Positions 28,933 through 38,844 of a stretch of DNA of 39,026 nt are shown here, one piece after another (position 1 is the stretch's first letter; every line of letters starts with the position of its first letter). The stretch comes from Escherichia phage HK446. Made by a program: the position numbers and the translations under genes. Under the pieces are notes generated by a model. The model ran no database searches. It saw nothing but the letters and a program-made list of their open reading frames with translations, and was not told the origin of the DNA. The stretch lies in the sequence record NC_019714.1, one strand, 5' to 3'.

Positions 28933-28966
28933 TGTAGAAAGACTGGATCAATCCACAGGAGTAATT

Positions 28967-29128
28967 ATGACAAAACGTCGTAAGAAATACCAGGAAAAAG
29001 AAGAGATTCGACACCCTGATTCACCTGAGGGATTAGTGGTAGCCGCAGCAAATAACAGGGCGTTCGCAGAGCGCCTTGTTGGTGTTTACAGACTAGCCAA
29101 AGCAGGAGTGAAGCATGGGCGTCGTTAA
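28967..29128 (+). CDS. Hypothetical small basic protein (53 aa)
   Basis: Not in track; AGGAG SD; overlaps start of the O-like gene. Confidence 0.3.
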   Translation: MTKRRKKYQEKEEIRHPDSPEGLVVAAANNRAFAERLVGVYRLAKAGVKHGRR

Positions 29129-29936
29129 GTTAGCTGATTACAGGCCTCAACTGGAGGTCGTGGAGCATCGCGTGGCAGATACCGAAGATGGTTTCATGCG
29201 CGTTGCTAACGAGATTACCGACAGTCTGCTGATGGCTGATTTAACCGTCCGGCAGTTGAAGGTGATGCTCGCTATCATGCGCAAGACATACGGATTCAAT
29301 AAGCCGATGGATCGACTCACAAACACGCAGATAGCAGCCATGACAGGTATTCATCACACTCATGTTTGCGCTGCCAAGCGCCAGCTTATTGAGCGTAAAT
29401 TCCTCATTGCTGATGGCGTGAAAATCGGAGTGAACAAGGTGGTTTCTCAGTGGATTAGCCAGGACAGCTTAACATTAGCTAAAACAGCTAATAAAACATT
29501 AGCCAAGTCGGCTAATGGGTATAAGCCAAGTCAGCTAAACACAAAAGACAATATACAAAAGACAATAAATACAAATACCCCCTTACCCCCTAACGGGGGA
29601 GGCGATGGGCAGGTTAAACCTGAACGTCGCAAGGCAGAACGAATCGACTACGAATCCTTCCTGAAGGCCTACAACACCGAAGTCGGTGACAGACTGCCAC
29701 ACGCTGTTGCGGTCAACGAGAAACGCAAACGCCGCCTGAAGAAAATCATCCCGCAACTGAAAACGCCAAACGTGGACGGTTTCAGAGCGTATGTCAGGGC
29801 GTTTGTGCATCAGGCCAAGCCGTTTTACTTCGGAGACAACGACACGGGCTGGACGGCAGATTTTGATTACCTGCTGAGGGAAGATTCGTTAACGGGAGTA
29901 CGGGAAGGGAAGTTTGCAGACAGGGGGATTGCATGA
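29115..29936 (+). CDS. Replication initiation protein (lambda O-like N-terminal domain)
   Basis: N-terminal region ([15 protein letters not shown]...[32 protein letters not shown]) resembles lambda O (DLTKRQFKVLLAILRKTYGWNKPMDRITDSQLS); iterons lie inside the gene. Confidence 0.8.
   Translation: MGVVKLADYRPQLEVVEHRVADTEDGFMRVANEITDSLLMADLTVRQLKVMLAIMRKTYGFNKPMDRLTNTQIAAMTGIHHTHVCAAKRQLIERKFLIADGVKIGVNKVVSQWISQDSLTLAKTANKTLAKSANGYKPSQLNTKDNIQKTINTNTPLPPNGGGDGQVKPERRKAERIDYESFLKAYNTEVGDRLPHAVAVNEKRKRRLKKIIPQLKTPNVDGFRAYVRAFVHQAKPFYFGDNDTGWTADFDYLLREDSLTGVREGKFADRGIA
29472..29580. repeat. Putative origin: iteron-like repeats plus AT-rich tract inside O-like gene
   Basis: Tandem AGCTAA / AGCCAA / GGCTAA units followed by ACAAAAGACAATATACAAAAGACAATAAATACAAATA. 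Confidence 0.55.
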
Positions 29937-31309
29937 GACAGGATATCGAAGCGAGCGTTATCGGCGGTCTGCTGATTGGTGGATTAACTCCAACCGCCAG
30001 CGACGTTCTGGCAACACTGGAGCCGGAAGCGTTTTCAATTCCGCTCTACCGGAAAGCCTTCGAGGTTATCCGCAAGCAGGCGAGAAACAGAAACCTAATC
30101 GACGCGCTGATGGTTGCCGAGGCGTGCGGAGAGGAGCATTTCACGTCAATCCTGATGACCAGCAAAAACTGCCCGAGCGCCGCAAACCTGAAGGGATATG
30201 CCGGAATGGTCGCGGATAACTATCACCGCCGTCTGGTTCTGGAAATCATGGATGAAATGCGTGAACCAATTCAGAGCGGAACCATCGACGCATCGAGTCA
30301 GGCGATGGATGAACTTGTAAAGCGTCTTTCAGCCATCAGAAAGCCCCGTGACGAGGTTAAACCTGTACGGTTAGGGGAAATCATAACTGACTACACTGAC
30401 ACGCTTGACAGGCGTCTGAGGAACGGAGAAGAGTCAGATACCCTGAAGACCGGAATCGAAGAACTTGACGCTATCACCGGAGGGATGAACGCGGAAGACC
30501 TTGTGATAATCGCCGCTCGTCCTGGTATGGGGAAAACCGAACTGGCGCTGAAGATTGCCGAAGGCGTTGCAAGCCGCGTTATTCCTGGTTCTGACGTCCG
30601 GCGCGGAGTGTTGATTTTCTCGATGGAAATGAGCGCATTGCAGATTGCAGAGCGAAGCATTGCCAACGCCGGGAGGATGTCGGTTAGCGTGCTGCGAAAT
30701 CCAGCATCGATGGATGATGAAGGCTGGGCGCGTGTTGCTAACGGCATGAGTCAGCTTGCAGATTTGGATGTATGGGTAGTCGATGCCTCGCGTTTATCGG
30801 TCGAAGAAATTCGCTCAATCGCAGAGCGGCACAAACAGGAAAATCCAAACCTGTCACTCATCATGGCGGATTATCTTGGCCTGATTGAGAAGCCGAAAGC
30901 AGACCGCAACGACCTCGCAATTGCTCACATCTCCGGAAGCCTGAAGGCGATGGCGAAAGACCTGAAAACGCCAGTTATCTCCCTAAGTCAGCTTTCGCGC
31001 GATGTTGAGAAGCGACCAAACAAACGCCCGACAAACGCAGATTTGCGTGATTCAGGAAGCATTGAACAGGACGCAGACTCAATCATCATGCTCTATCGGG
31101 AAGCAGTATATGACGAGAACAGTAGCGCCGCGCCATTTGCTGAAATCATTGTGACAAAAAACCGTTTTGGCTCACTTGGTACGGTTTACCAGCGGTTCTG
31201 CAACGGACACTTTGTTGCATGTGACCAGGATGAAGCCAGACAGATTTGCACAGCATCAAATTCACCTGCTGCACGTGGCAGACGATATGCACAAGGGGCT
31301 GACGTATGA
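29933..31309 (+). CDS. DnaB-like replicative helicase
   Basis: 458-aa ORF with Walker A (ARPGMGKTE) and DnaB C-terminal domain features; 4-nt overlap with O-like gene. Confidence 0.85.
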   Translation: MRQDIEASVIGGLLIGGLTPTASDVLATLEPEAFSIPLYRKAFEVIRKQARNRNLIDALMVAEACGEEHFTSILMTSKNCPSAANLKGYAGMVADNYHRRLVLEIMDEMREPIQSGTIDASSQAMDELVKRLSAIRKPRDEVKPVRLGEIITDYTDTLDRRLRNGEESDTLKTGIEELDAITGGMNAEDLVIIAARPGMGKTELALKIAEGVASRVIPGSDVRRGVLIFSMEMSALQIAERSIANAGRMSVSVLRNPASMDDEGWARVANGMSQLADLDVWVVDASRLSVEEIRSIAERHKQENPNLSLIMADYLGLIEKPKADRNDLAIAHISGSLKAMAKDLKTPVISLSQLSRDVEKRPNKRPTNADLRDSGSIEQDADSIIMLYREAVYDENSSAAPFAEIIVTKNRFGSLGTVYQRFCNGHFVACDQDEARQICTASNSPAARGRRYAQGADV

Positions 31310-31335
31310 CCATCTACATCACTGAGATAATAACA

Positions 31336-31364
31336 GGGGCTATTTACACAGTAGCCCTTTTTTA
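31336..31364 (+). terminator. Intrinsic terminator after helicase gene
   Basis: GGGCTA-9 nt-TAGCCC stem followed by T6. Confidence 0.55.
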
Positions 31365-31390
31365 TTGGATTAAGAACGAGGGGGATTCTG

Positions 31391-31603
31391 ATGGACACCG
31401 TTAACGGAATGTGTTCAGACGCACCGCGTGCCAAAAAATGTAAATGCGGAAAATCACCGACAATATTCGACATGGAGAACGGGTGCCAAATCTACTGCGC
31501 TAACCACGCTGCTGTGGCGGCCGCGAATTATCGCAGTGCGGTAACGGAGTGGAATAACCTGAAATCTGTTAGAGAGGGAAGTCATGAAAAAACTAACCTT
31601 TGA
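31391..31603 (+). CDS. Hypothetical Cys-rich small protein
   Basis: 70-aa ORF with GAGGGGG SD; CKCGK...C...C cluster. Confidence 0.45.
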   Translation: MDTVNGMCSDAPRAKKCKCGKSPTIFDMENGCQIYCANHAAVAAANYRSAVTEWNNLKSVREGSHEKTNL

Positions 31604-32024
31604 AATTCGATCTCCAGCACATCAGCAAAACGCTATTCACGCGGTACAGCAAATCCTTCCAGACCCAACCAAACCAATCGTAGTAACCATTCAGGAACGC
31701 AACCGCAGCTTAGACCAGAATCGAAAGCTTTGGGCTTGCCTTGGTGACGTCTCTCGTCAGGTTGAATGGCATGGTCGCTGGCTGGATGCAGAAAGCTGGA
31801 AGTGTGTGTTTACCGCAGCATTAAAGCAGCAGGATGTTGTTCCTAACCTTGCCGGGAATGGCTTTGTGGTAATAGGCCAGTCAACCAGCAGGATGCGTGT
31901 AAGCGAATTTGCGGAGCTATTAGAGCTTATACAGGCATTCGGTACAGAGCGTGGCGTTAAGTGGTCAGACGAAGCGCGACTGGCTCTGGAGTGGAAAGCA
32001 AGATGGGGAGACAGGGCGGCATGA
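31584..32024 (+). CDS. ninB: Recombination protein NinB
   Basis: 146-aa protein matching lambda NinB as I recall it (MKKLTFEIRSPAHQQNAIHAV...). Confidence 0.9.
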   Translation: MKKLTFEIRSPAHQQNAIHAVQQILPDPTKPIVVTIQERNRSLDQNRKLWACLGDVSRQVEWHGRWLDAESWKCVFTAALKQQDVVPNLAGNGFVVIGQSTSRMRVSEFAELLELIQAFGTERGVKWSDEARLALEWKARWGDRAA

Positions 32025-32199
32025 GACGACAGTGACGAAGTATCACCGACATCATCTGCGAAAACTGCAAATACCTTCCAACGAAACTCTCCAGAAATAA
32101 ACCCAAGCCAATCCCAAAAGAATCTGACGTAAAAACCTTCAACTACACGGCTCACCTGTTGGATATCCGGTGGCTAAGAAATCGTGCGAGGAAATGACA

Positions 32200-32583
32200 A
32201 TGGATTATTCACAGTTAAGTGATTTTGAAATTAACGTGGCGGTATTCGAAGCCATTCATAACGGATCACCGGATTACAAAGAAGGTGAGAATGGCGCGAT
32301 GGTGTTTGTCTCATTTGAGGGAGACATTGTAAACGGAGACGCAGTTGAAGTAGAAGTTGAGCGCGGTTCCTTTAACCCATGCGCAAACCCAGCAGACGCA
32401 TGGCCGATTATCACTGAAAACAACATCAGCATAATTTTAGACAATCCCTCAATGCCGTGCGCTACAGACAACGCAAGGGACTTGTTTGATGATGCCGGAC
32501 CGAATGTTGGTGTCGCATATGACAATCCACTCCGCGCTGCCATGATTGTCTTTCTCATGATGCAGGTCGCTAATAATGCTTAG
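32200..32583 (+). CDS. Hypothetical nin-region protein
   Basis: ORF with GAGGAA SD before ATG (MDYSQLSDFE...); track ORF opens upstream at 32170. Confidence 0.45.
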   Translation: MDYSQLSDFEINVAVFEAIHNGSPDYKEGENGAMVFVSFEGDIVNGDAVEVEVERGSFNPCANPADAWPIITENNISIILDNPSMPCATDNARDLFDDAGPNVGVAYDNPLRAAMIVFLMMQVANNA

Positions 32584-32752
32584 CCAATCCCAATCCCTTC
32601 AATACCAGAAAGAAAGCGTCGAGCGAGCTTTAACGTGCGCTAACTGCGGTCAGAAGCTGCATGTGCTGGAAGTTCACGTGTGTGAGCACTGCTGTGCAGA
32701 ACTGATGAGCGATCCGAATAGCTCAATGTACGAGGAAGAAGATGATGGCTAA
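32576..32752 (+). CDS. Small zinc-ribbon protein (NinD/NinE-like position)
   Basis: 58-aa ORF not in track; CANC...CEHCC motif; overlaps both neighbours. Confidence 0.4.
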   Translation: MLSQSQSLQYQKESVERALTCANCGQKLHVLEVHVCEHCCAELMSDPNSSMYEEEDDG

Positions 32753-33356
32753 ACCAGCGCGAAGACGATGTAAAAACGAAGAATGTCGGGAATGGTTTCA
32801 CCCTGCATTCGCTAATCAGTGGTGGTGCTCTCCAGAGTGTGGAACAAAGATAGCACTCGAACGACGAAGCAAAGAACGCGAAAAAGCGGAAAAAGCAGCA
32901 GAGAAGAAACGACGACGAGAGGAGCAGAAACAGAAAGATAAACTTAAGATTCGAAAACTCGCCTTAAAGCCCCGCAGTTACTGGATTAAACAAGCCCAAC
33001 AAGCCGTAAACGCCTTCATCAGAGAAAGAGACCGCGACTTACCATGTATCTCATGCGGAACGATCACGTCTGCTCAGTGGGATGCCGGACATTACCGGAC
33101 AACTGCTGCGGCACCTCAACTCCGATTTGATGAACGCAATATTCACAAGCAATGCGTGGTGTGCAACCAGCACAAAAGCGGAAATCTCGTTCCGTATCGC
33201 GTCGAACTGATTAGCCGTATCGGGCAGGAAGCAGTAGACGAAATCGAATCAAACCATAACCGCCATCGCTGGACTGTCGAAGAGTGCAAGGCGATCAAGG
33301 CAGAGTACCAACAGAAACTCAAAGACCTGCGAAATAGCAGAAGTGAGGCCGCATGA
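32742..33356 (+). CDS. ninG: NinG (Rap) recombination protein
   Basis: 204-aa protein matching lambda NinG ([23 protein letters not shown]...). Confidence 0.9.
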   Translation: MMAKPARRRCKNEECREWFHPAFANQWWCSPECGTKIALERRSKEREKAEKAAEKKRRREEQKQKDKLKIRKLALKPRSYWIKQAQQAVNAFIRERDRDLPCISCGTITSAQWDAGHYRTTAAAPQLRFDERNIHKQCVVCNQHKSGNLVPYRVELISRIGQEAVDEIESNHNRHRWTVEECKAIKAEYQQKLKDLRNSRSEAA

Positions 33357-33559
33357 CGTTCTCAGTAAAAACCATTCCAGACATGCTCGCTGAAGCATAC
33401 GGAAACCAGACAGAAGTAGCACGCAGACTGAAATGTAGTCGCGGTACGGTCAGAAAATACGTTGATGATAAAGACGGGAAAATGCACGCCATCGTCAACG
33501 ACGTTCTTATGGTTCATCGCGGATGGAGTGAAAGAGATGCGCTATTACGAAAGAATTGA
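33353..33559 (+). CDS. ninH: NinH
   Basis: 68-aa HTH protein matching lambda NinH size and position. Confidence 0.8.
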   Translation: MTFSVKTIPDMLAEAYGNQTEVARRLKCSRGTVRKYVDDKDGKMHAIVNDVLMVHRGWSERDALLRKN

Positions 33560-34202
33560 TGGCAGCAAATACCGAAATATTTGGGTAGTTGGCGATCTGC
33601 ACGGATGCTACACGAACCTGATGAAAAAACTGGAGACGATAGGATTCGACACCAAAAAAGACCTGCTTATCTCGGTTGGCGATTTGGTCGATCGCGGTAC
33701 AGAGAACGTCGAATGCCTGGAATTAATCACATTCCCCTGGTTCAGAGCTGTACGTGGAAACCATGAGCAAATGATGATTGATGGCTTATCAGAGCGAGGA
33801 AACGTCAATCACTGGATGCTTAATGGCGGTGGCTGGTTCTTTAATCTCGATTACGACAAAGAAATTCTGGCTAAAGCTCTTGCCCATAAAGCAGATGAAC
33901 TTCCGTTAATCATCGAACTGGTGAGCAAAGATAAAAAATATGTCATCTGCCACGCCGATTATCCTTGTGACGAATACGAGTTTGGAAAGCCAGTTGATCA
34001 TCAGCAGGTAATCTGGAACCGCGAACGAATCAGCAACTCACAAGACGGGATCGTGAAAGAAATCAAAGGCGCGGACACGTTCATCTTTGGTCATACGCCA
34101 GCAGTGAAACCACTCAAATTTGCCAACCAGATGTATATCGATACTGGGGCAGTGTTCTGCGGAAATCTCACATTGATTCAGGTACAGGGAGAAGGCGCAT
34201 GA
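33537..34202 (+). CDS. ninI: Ser/Thr protein phosphatase (lambda PPase, NinI)
   Basis: Metallophosphatase motifs GDLHG, GDLVDRG, GNHE; start at MRYYERIDG with GGAG SD gives 221 aa. Confidence 0.9.
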   Translation: MRYYERIDGSKYRNIWVVGDLHGCYTNLMKKLETIGFDTKKDLLISVGDLVDRGTENVECLELITFPWFRAVRGNHEQMMIDGLSERGNVNHWMLNGGGWFFNLDYDKEILAKALAHKADELPLIIELVSKDKKYVICHADYPCDEYEFGKPVDHQQVIWNRERISNSQDGIVKEIKGADTFIFGHTPAVKPLKFANQMYIDTGAVFCGNLTLIQVQGEGA

Positions 34203-34822
34203 GACTCGAAAGCGTGGCTAAATTTCATTCGCCAAAAAGCCCGATGATGAGTGACTCACCACGGGCCACGGCTTCTGACTCTCTTTCCGGTACTGATGTG
34301 ATGGCTGCTATGGGGATGGCGCAATCACAAGCCGGATTCGGAATGGCTGCATTCTGTGGTAAGCACGAACTCAGCCAGAACGACAAACAAAAGGCTATCA
34401 ACTATCTGATGCAATTTGCACACAAGGTATCGGGGAAATACCGTGGTGTGGCAAAGCTCGAAGGAAATACTAAGGCAAAGGTACTGCAAGTGCTCGCAAC
34501 ATTCGCTTATGCGGATTATTGCCGTAGTGCCGCGACGCCTGGCGCAAGATGCAGAGATTGTCACGGTACAGGCCGTGCGGTTGATATAGCAAAAACAGAG
34601 CAGTGGGGGAGAGTTGTTGAGAAAGAATGCGGAAGATGCAAAGGTGTCGGCTATTCAAGGATGCCAGCAAGCGCCGCATATCGCGCTGTGACGATGCTAA
34701 TCCCAAATCTTACCCAACCCACCTGGTCACGCACTGTTAAGCCGCTGTATGACGCTCTGGTGGTGCAATGCCACAAAGAAGAGTCAATCGCAGACAACAT
34801 TTTGAATGCGGTCACACGTTAG
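34199..34822 (+). CDS. Q: Late antiterminator Q (lambda-type)
   Basis: 207-aa protein matching lambda Q ([27 protein letters not shown]...), zinc-binding CRDCHGTG...CGRCKG. Confidence 0.95.
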   Translation: MRLESVAKFHSPKSPMMSDSPRATASDSLSGTDVMAAMGMAQSQAGFGMAAFCGKHELSQNDKQKAINYLMQFAHKVSGKYRGVAKLEGNTKAKVLQVLATFAYADYCRSAATPGARCRDCHGTGRAVDIAKTEQWGRVVEKECGRCKGVGYSRMPASAAYRAVTMLIPNLTQPTWSRTVKPLYDALVVQCHKEESIADNILNAVTR

Positions 34823-34864
34823 CAGCATGATTGCCACGGATGGCAACATATTAACGGCATGATA

Positions 34865-34893
34865 TTGACTTTTTGAATAAAGTTGGGTAAATT
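34865..34893 (+). promoter_or_regulatory. Late promoter PR' (TTGACT ... TAAATT) with qut region
   Basis: Sequence downstream of Q matches lambda PR' as I recall it. Confidence 0.75.
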
Positions 34894-34899
34894 TGACCC

Positions 34900-35092
34900 A
34901 ACGATGGGTTAATTCGCTCGTTGTGGTAGTGAGATAAAAAGAGGCGGCGCTTACTACCGATTCCGCCTAGTTGGTCACTTCGACGTATCGTCTGGAACTC
35001 CAACCATCGCAGGCTGAGAGGTCTGTAAAATGCAATCCCGAAACAGTTCGCAGGTAATAGTTAGAGCCTGCATAACGGTTTCGGGATTTTTT
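34900..35092 (+). ncRNA. 6S-like late leader RNA ending at tR'
   Basis: Lambda-like leader sequence ending in the TCCCGAAAC...GGTTTCGGGA hairpin plus T-run; coordinates approximate. Confidence 0.5.
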
Positions 35093-35095
35093 ATT

Positions 35096-35170
35096 TGGGT
35101 CAGTCGTATAAAGGTCATTACGGAAGGCTGTTAACCTTCTTATCGTGGTTCGAGTCCACGCTGTCCCGCC
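35096..35170 (+). tRNA. tRNA-like gene, anticodon GTT (Asn) if folded canonically
   Basis: Hand-folded cloverleaf: T-arm CGTGG-TTCGAGT-CCACG, anticodon arm GAAGG-CTGTTAA-CCTTC, 3' CCA; one mismatch each in acceptor and D stems by my reading. Confidence 0.45.
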
Positions 35171-35175
35171 AAATA

Positions 35176-35251
35176 TGCTGGTTTAGCTCCAATGGTAGAG
35201 CAGTCGCCTTGTAAGCGAATGGGTAGCGGTTCAAGTCCGTTAACCAGCACC
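35176..35251 (+). tRNA. tRNA gene, anticodon TGT (Thr)
   Basis: Hand-folded cloverleaf: acceptor GCTGGTT/AACCAGC perfect, D-arm GCTC-CAATGGTA-GAGC, anticodon loop CTTGTAA, T-loop TTCAAGT, 3' ACCA. Confidence 0.65.
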
Positions 35252-35494
35252 ATAACTGAGCCGTAGCCACTGGCTATCCTGAACTCATCAGTGATAGTTA
35301 CGCTGCGGCCTTCTACACATGATCTTCGTGAAAGCGGGTGGCAGGAGGCTGCGCTAACAACCTCCTGCCGTTTTGCCCGTGCATATCGGTCACGAACAAA
35401 TCTGATTACTAAACACAGTAGCCTGGATTTGTTCTATCAGTAATCGACCTTATTCCTAATTAAATAGAGCAAATCCCCTTATTGGGGGTAAGAC

Positions 35495-35818
35495 ATGAAG
35501 ATGCCAGAAAAACATGACCTGTTAGCCGCCATTCTCGCGGCAAAGGAACAAGGCATCGGGGCAATCCTTGCGTTTGCAATGGCGTACCTTCGCGGCAGAT
35601 ATAATGGCGGTGCGTTTACAAAAACAGTAATCGACGCAACGATGTGCGCCATTATCGCCTGGTTCATTCGTGACCTTCTCGGCTTCGCCGGACTAAGTAG
35701 CAATCTCGCTTATATAACGAGCGTGTTCATCGGCTACATCGGTACTGACTCGATTGGTTCGCTTATCAAACGCTTCGCTGCTAAAAAAGCCGGAGTAGAA
35801 GATGGTGGAAATCAATAA
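35495..35818 (+). CDS. S: Holin S (lambda-type, dual start)
   Basis: 107-aa protein [43 protein letters not shown]... matches lambda S. Confidence 0.95.
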   Translation: MKMPEKHDLLAAILAAKEQGIGAILAFAMAYLRGRYNGGAFTKTVIDATMCAIIAWFIRDLLGFAGLSSNLAYITSVFIGYIGTDSIGSLIKRFAAKKAGVEDGGNQ

Positions 35819-36278
35819 TCAACGTAAGGCGTTCCTCGATATGCTGGCATGGTCAGAGGGAACTGATAACGGACGTCAGAAAACCAGAAATCATGGTTAT
35901 GACGTCATTGTTGGCGGAGAGTTATTCACTGATTACTCCGATCACCCTCGCAAACTTGTCACGCTAAACCCAAAACTCAAATCAACAGCAGCCGGACGTT
36001 ACCAGCTTCTTTCCCGTTGGTGGGATGCCTATCGTAAGCAGCTTGGCCTGAAAGACTTCTCTCCGAAAAGCCAGGACGCTGTGGCATTGCAGCAGATTAA
36101 AGAGCGTGGCGCTTTGCCGATGATTGATCGCGGTGATATCCGTCAGGCAATCGACCGTTGCAGCAATATCTGGGCTTCACTGCCTGGCGCTGGTTATGGT
36201 CAGTTCGAGCATAAGGCTGACAGCCTGATTGCAAAATTCAAAGAGGCTGGCGGAACGGTCAGAGAGATTGAGGTATGA
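35802..36278 (+). CDS. R: Endolysin R (lytic transglycosylase)
   Basis: 158-aa protein matching lambda R ([28 protein letters not shown]...). Confidence 0.95.
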   Translation: MVEINNQRKAFLDMLAWSEGTDNGRQKTRNHGYDVIVGGELFTDYSDHPRKLVTLNPKLKSTAAGRYQLLSRWWDAYRKQLGLKDFSPKSQDAVALQQIKERGALPMIDRGDIRQAIDRCSNIWASLPGAGYGQFEHKADSLIAKFKEAGGTVREIEV

Positions 36279-36712
36279 GCAGAGTCACCGCGATTATCTC
36301 CGCTCTGGTTATCTGCATCATCGTCTGCCTGTCATGGGCTGTTAATCATTACCGTGATAACGCCATGACCTACAAAACCCAGCGCGATAAAGCCACGTAC
36401 ATCATCGCTGACATGCAGAAGCGTCAACGTGATGTAGCAGAACTCGACGCCAGATACACAAAGGAGCTTGCTGATGCTAACGCGACTATCGAAAGTCTCC
36501 GTGCTGATGTTTCTGCTGGTCGTAAGCGCCTGCAAGTCGCCGCCACCTGTGCAAAGTCAACGACCGGAGCCAGCAGCATGGGCGATGGAGAAAGCCCAGG
36601 ACTTACAGCAGATGCTGAACTCAATTATTACCGTCTCCGAAGTGGAATCGACAGGATAACCGCGCAGGTTAACTACCTGCAGGAATACATCAGGACGCAA
36701 TGCCTGAAATAA
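36275..36712 (+). CDS. Rz: Spanin, inner membrane subunit Rz
   Basis: N-terminal TM segment, coiled coil; position after R. Confidence 0.85.
   Translation: MSRVTAIISALVICIIVCLSWAVNHYRDNAMTYKTQRDKATYIIADMQKRQRDVAELDARYTKELADANATIESLRADVSAGRKRLQVAATCAKSTTGASSMGDGESPGLTADAELNYYRLRSGIDRITAQVNYLQEYIRTQCLK
36474..36659 (+). CDS. Rz1: Spanin, outer membrane lipoprotein Rz1 (embedded in Rz, +1 frame)
   Basis: Embedded ORF with lipobox (LLVVSAC) and Pro-rich mature part. Confidence 0.7.
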   Translation: MLTRLSKVSVLMFLLVVSACKSPPPVQSQRPEPAAWAMEKAQDLQQMLNSIITVSEVESTG

Positions 36713-36744
36713 TTTTTTTTGCAAATCACAAAGTCAATTTAATG

Positions 36745-36768
36745 AGCCTCGCGATGCGGGGCTTTTTT
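36745..36768 (+). terminator. Intrinsic terminator after lysis cassette
   Basis: AGCCTCGC-gat-GCGGGGCT stem followed by T6. Confidence 0.6.
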
Positions 36769-36918
36769 ATGTCCGCAGTAAACGCGCATTCTCGTGCGCA
36801 TATCAACCAAGAGCTTTTCGGGATATGAGACAGAGACAGGACGGTGGCTTACATCGTGCCGCTCTTGGGCTGTCCATGTCTGCGAGAACTGGCTCATATC
36901 ACCAAAAAGGTAAATACG

Positions 36919-37647
36919 ATGTCCAATATCATCCCGATTGATTTCGAAGGCCATCCCATGCGTTTTTCTGACGATGGCTGGTTTGACGCGACTGCGGCAG
37001 CTGACAAGTTCAACAAGGAGCCGGCTCAGTGGCTTAGGCTTCCTGAGACTGTCCGTTACATCGAGGCGTTAAAGAGTAGATATGGGAATATCACATATGT
37101 AAAAACCAGCCGCGCTCGCAAAGACCGTGGCGGCGGAACATGGCTTCACCCAAAACTGGCGGTCAGATTTGCTCGATGGCTTTCTGTAGATTTTGAGATC
37201 TGGTGTGATGAGCAAATTGACGCAATCATTCAGGGTTCCGTTCATCATATCGACGATGAAAGAATAAAGGCTATTTTCCTTCTGGATAAATCTCAGCCAT
37301 GGGAAAAGAGGTTTAGCGATCCGTTTTATTCTGCGATGTTCAAAATGTCAGGGCTGCCCCGCCATCGACCAGGTCGTCGCCCAGCACTATTTGGGATGAT
37401 CAGTGCCAAGTGGGTATATGGCCCGGTATTACCACCAGAAGTATATGCAGAGGTTAAAAGACGGCTGGCTGCGGGAGACAAAATCCATCAGCACCTTAAA
37501 CCTGACGCGCTGACATTGGTTGAGCGACAGATCATTGCCGTTACCAGCATTGCCAATGGGTGCTCTGATTATCGTGATTTCGAAGCGCGTTGCATGTCGG
37601 CATTCCCGGTGAAAGGGCAGATGAAATTGCTCTATGCGGCGGCCTGA
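36919..37647 (+). CDS. KilA-N domain protein
   Basis: N-terminal MSNIIPIDFEGHPMRFSDDGWFDATAAADKF...WLHPKLAVRFARWLSVDFEIW resembles KilA-N/APSES-type DNA-binding domain; track ORF opens upstream. Confidence 0.55.
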   Translation: MSNIIPIDFEGHPMRFSDDGWFDATAAADKFNKEPAQWLRLPETVRYIEALKSRYGNITYVKTSRARKDRGGGTWLHPKLAVRFARWLSVDFEIWCDEQIDAIIQGSVHHIDDERIKAIFLLDKSQPWEKRFSDPFYSAMFKMSGLPRHRPGRRPALFGMISAKWVYGPVLPPEVYAEVKRRLAAGDKIHQHLKPDALTLVERQIIAVTSIANGCSDYRDFEARCMSAFPVKGQMKLLYAAA

Positions 37648-37649
37648 TC

Positions 37650-37907
37650 ATGAGCACCCGAATAATAGAATGCGCCTCCAGAGCGGGGCGCGACTTCTCA
37701 GAGTTCATGAAAGGCGAGAAGGGCATGATGGAAGCATTGGCCTCGGTGGATGAGTTTGGCGAGCAACTCCGTATTAACGGTTGCGTCAACCATCACTTTG
37801 TCAGCTACATGATGCGGAACTCGATCATGCAGGCATTCATGGACATGGCAAAAGCCGAGAGGAAAGAAGAGCGCCGGCGTAAGCGAGCGGAAGCAAAAGC
37901 GAAGTAA
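37650..37907 (+). CDS. Hypothetical protein with basic C-terminus
   Basis: Start ATG just downstream of upstream stop; C-terminal KEERRRKRAEAKAK. Confidence 0.4.
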   Translation: MSTRIIECASRAGRDFSEFMKGEKGMMEALASVDEFGEQLRINGCVNHHFVSYMMRNSIMQAFMDMAKAERKEERRRKRAEAKAK

Positions 37908-38299
37908 CCATTACAAAGCTCATCTGCGGGTGGGCTTGATAATGAAACCGGAGTTAATTTCTGGTCACTAATTAACGGCAGCACCGCGAAACAACCCAAG
38001 CCAGTAAGTGGGGAAATAACACTGGCAGCCACTGAAAGATGAACCTCCAGCCTTATGGCAAAAAAGATTCTTTGTGGTGGCGGGCTGATGGAAAGACATC
38101 GGTTATTGCAGAGGCCATTCAATGAGTGGTCTCGACAATGGCTTATACCCTGCACGGGATAACTTAACTGATATCCCTTTTAACGGATAAACGGAGCCAA
38201 CAATGGCAGAGATTATTCTCATGACTGAAGAACAGAAATTCCAGTTAGAGATTTACAAACTGGTCATGAACCAGAACGCCGCCGTGCATGGAGACTGGC

Positions 38300-38641
38300 A
38301 TGAACAAAGAGCCCCGCGTATATGGCAGCCGATGGGATAAGGCCCGTCTGCGTTTTCTCCAGCAGCACCCACTGTGTGTGATGTGCGAGCAGCAGGGGCG
38401 CATAACACCAGCAACGGTGGTCGACCATATCGTGCCCCACAAACTGAAAGATGCGCTTAAGTCAGGTAACCCTCTGGCCATATCGAAAGCACAGCTCCTG
38501 TTCTGGAGTAAAGAGAACTGGCAGCCACTGTGCAAAGCGCATCATGACTCAACGAAACAGAGAATGGAGAAGAGCGGCGTGGTAATAGGCTGTGATGCAA
38601 ACGGCTACCCGCTCGATCCTGCGTCTCACTGGAGGACATAA
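38300..38641 (+). CDS. HNH endonuclease (terminase-associated, HK97 gp74-like)
   Basis: HNH motifs CVMCEQQGR...VDHIVPH...N...PLCKAHH; located near cos upstream of terminase genes in circular order. Confidence 0.8.
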   Translation: MNKEPRVYGSRWDKARLRFLQQHPLCVMCEQQGRITPATVVDHIVPHKLKDALKSGNPLAISKAQLLFWSKENWQPLCKAHHDSTKQRMEKSGVVIGCDANGYPLDPASHWRT

Positions 38642-38844
38642 TGAAAGACCTCATCATTGAATACCGAGACGGTAAGTTTGTTCAGCTGGCGATTGATGGC
38701 GTGGAGATGAAGCGCGTAACGTCTATCCAGTTCTCCCACACCTTAGGCGAGGACGTACCGACATTGACCGTGTCAGGACATGTGTGGTCCGAGTATGGGA
38801 AAGGCGATCACAAACTCGAACAGGTAGACAAACATTCGGCATAG
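38641..38844 (+). CDS. Hypothetical small protein
   Basis: 67-aa ORF overlapping HNH stop (ATGA). Confidence 0.4.
   Translation: MKDLIIEYRDGKFVQLAIDGVEMKRVTSIQFSHTLGEDVPTLTVSGHVWSEYGKGDHKLEQVDKHSA

Noticed and set aside
31757-32155. 132-aa minus-strand ORF overlapping ninB
   Set aside because: Antisense to a confidently identified gene; no supporting signals
37805-38155. 116-aa minus-strand ORF in the region between the basic small protein and HNH genes
   Set aside because: Opposite orientation to all neighbours, no evident RBS; region may instead be regulatory; left unannotated
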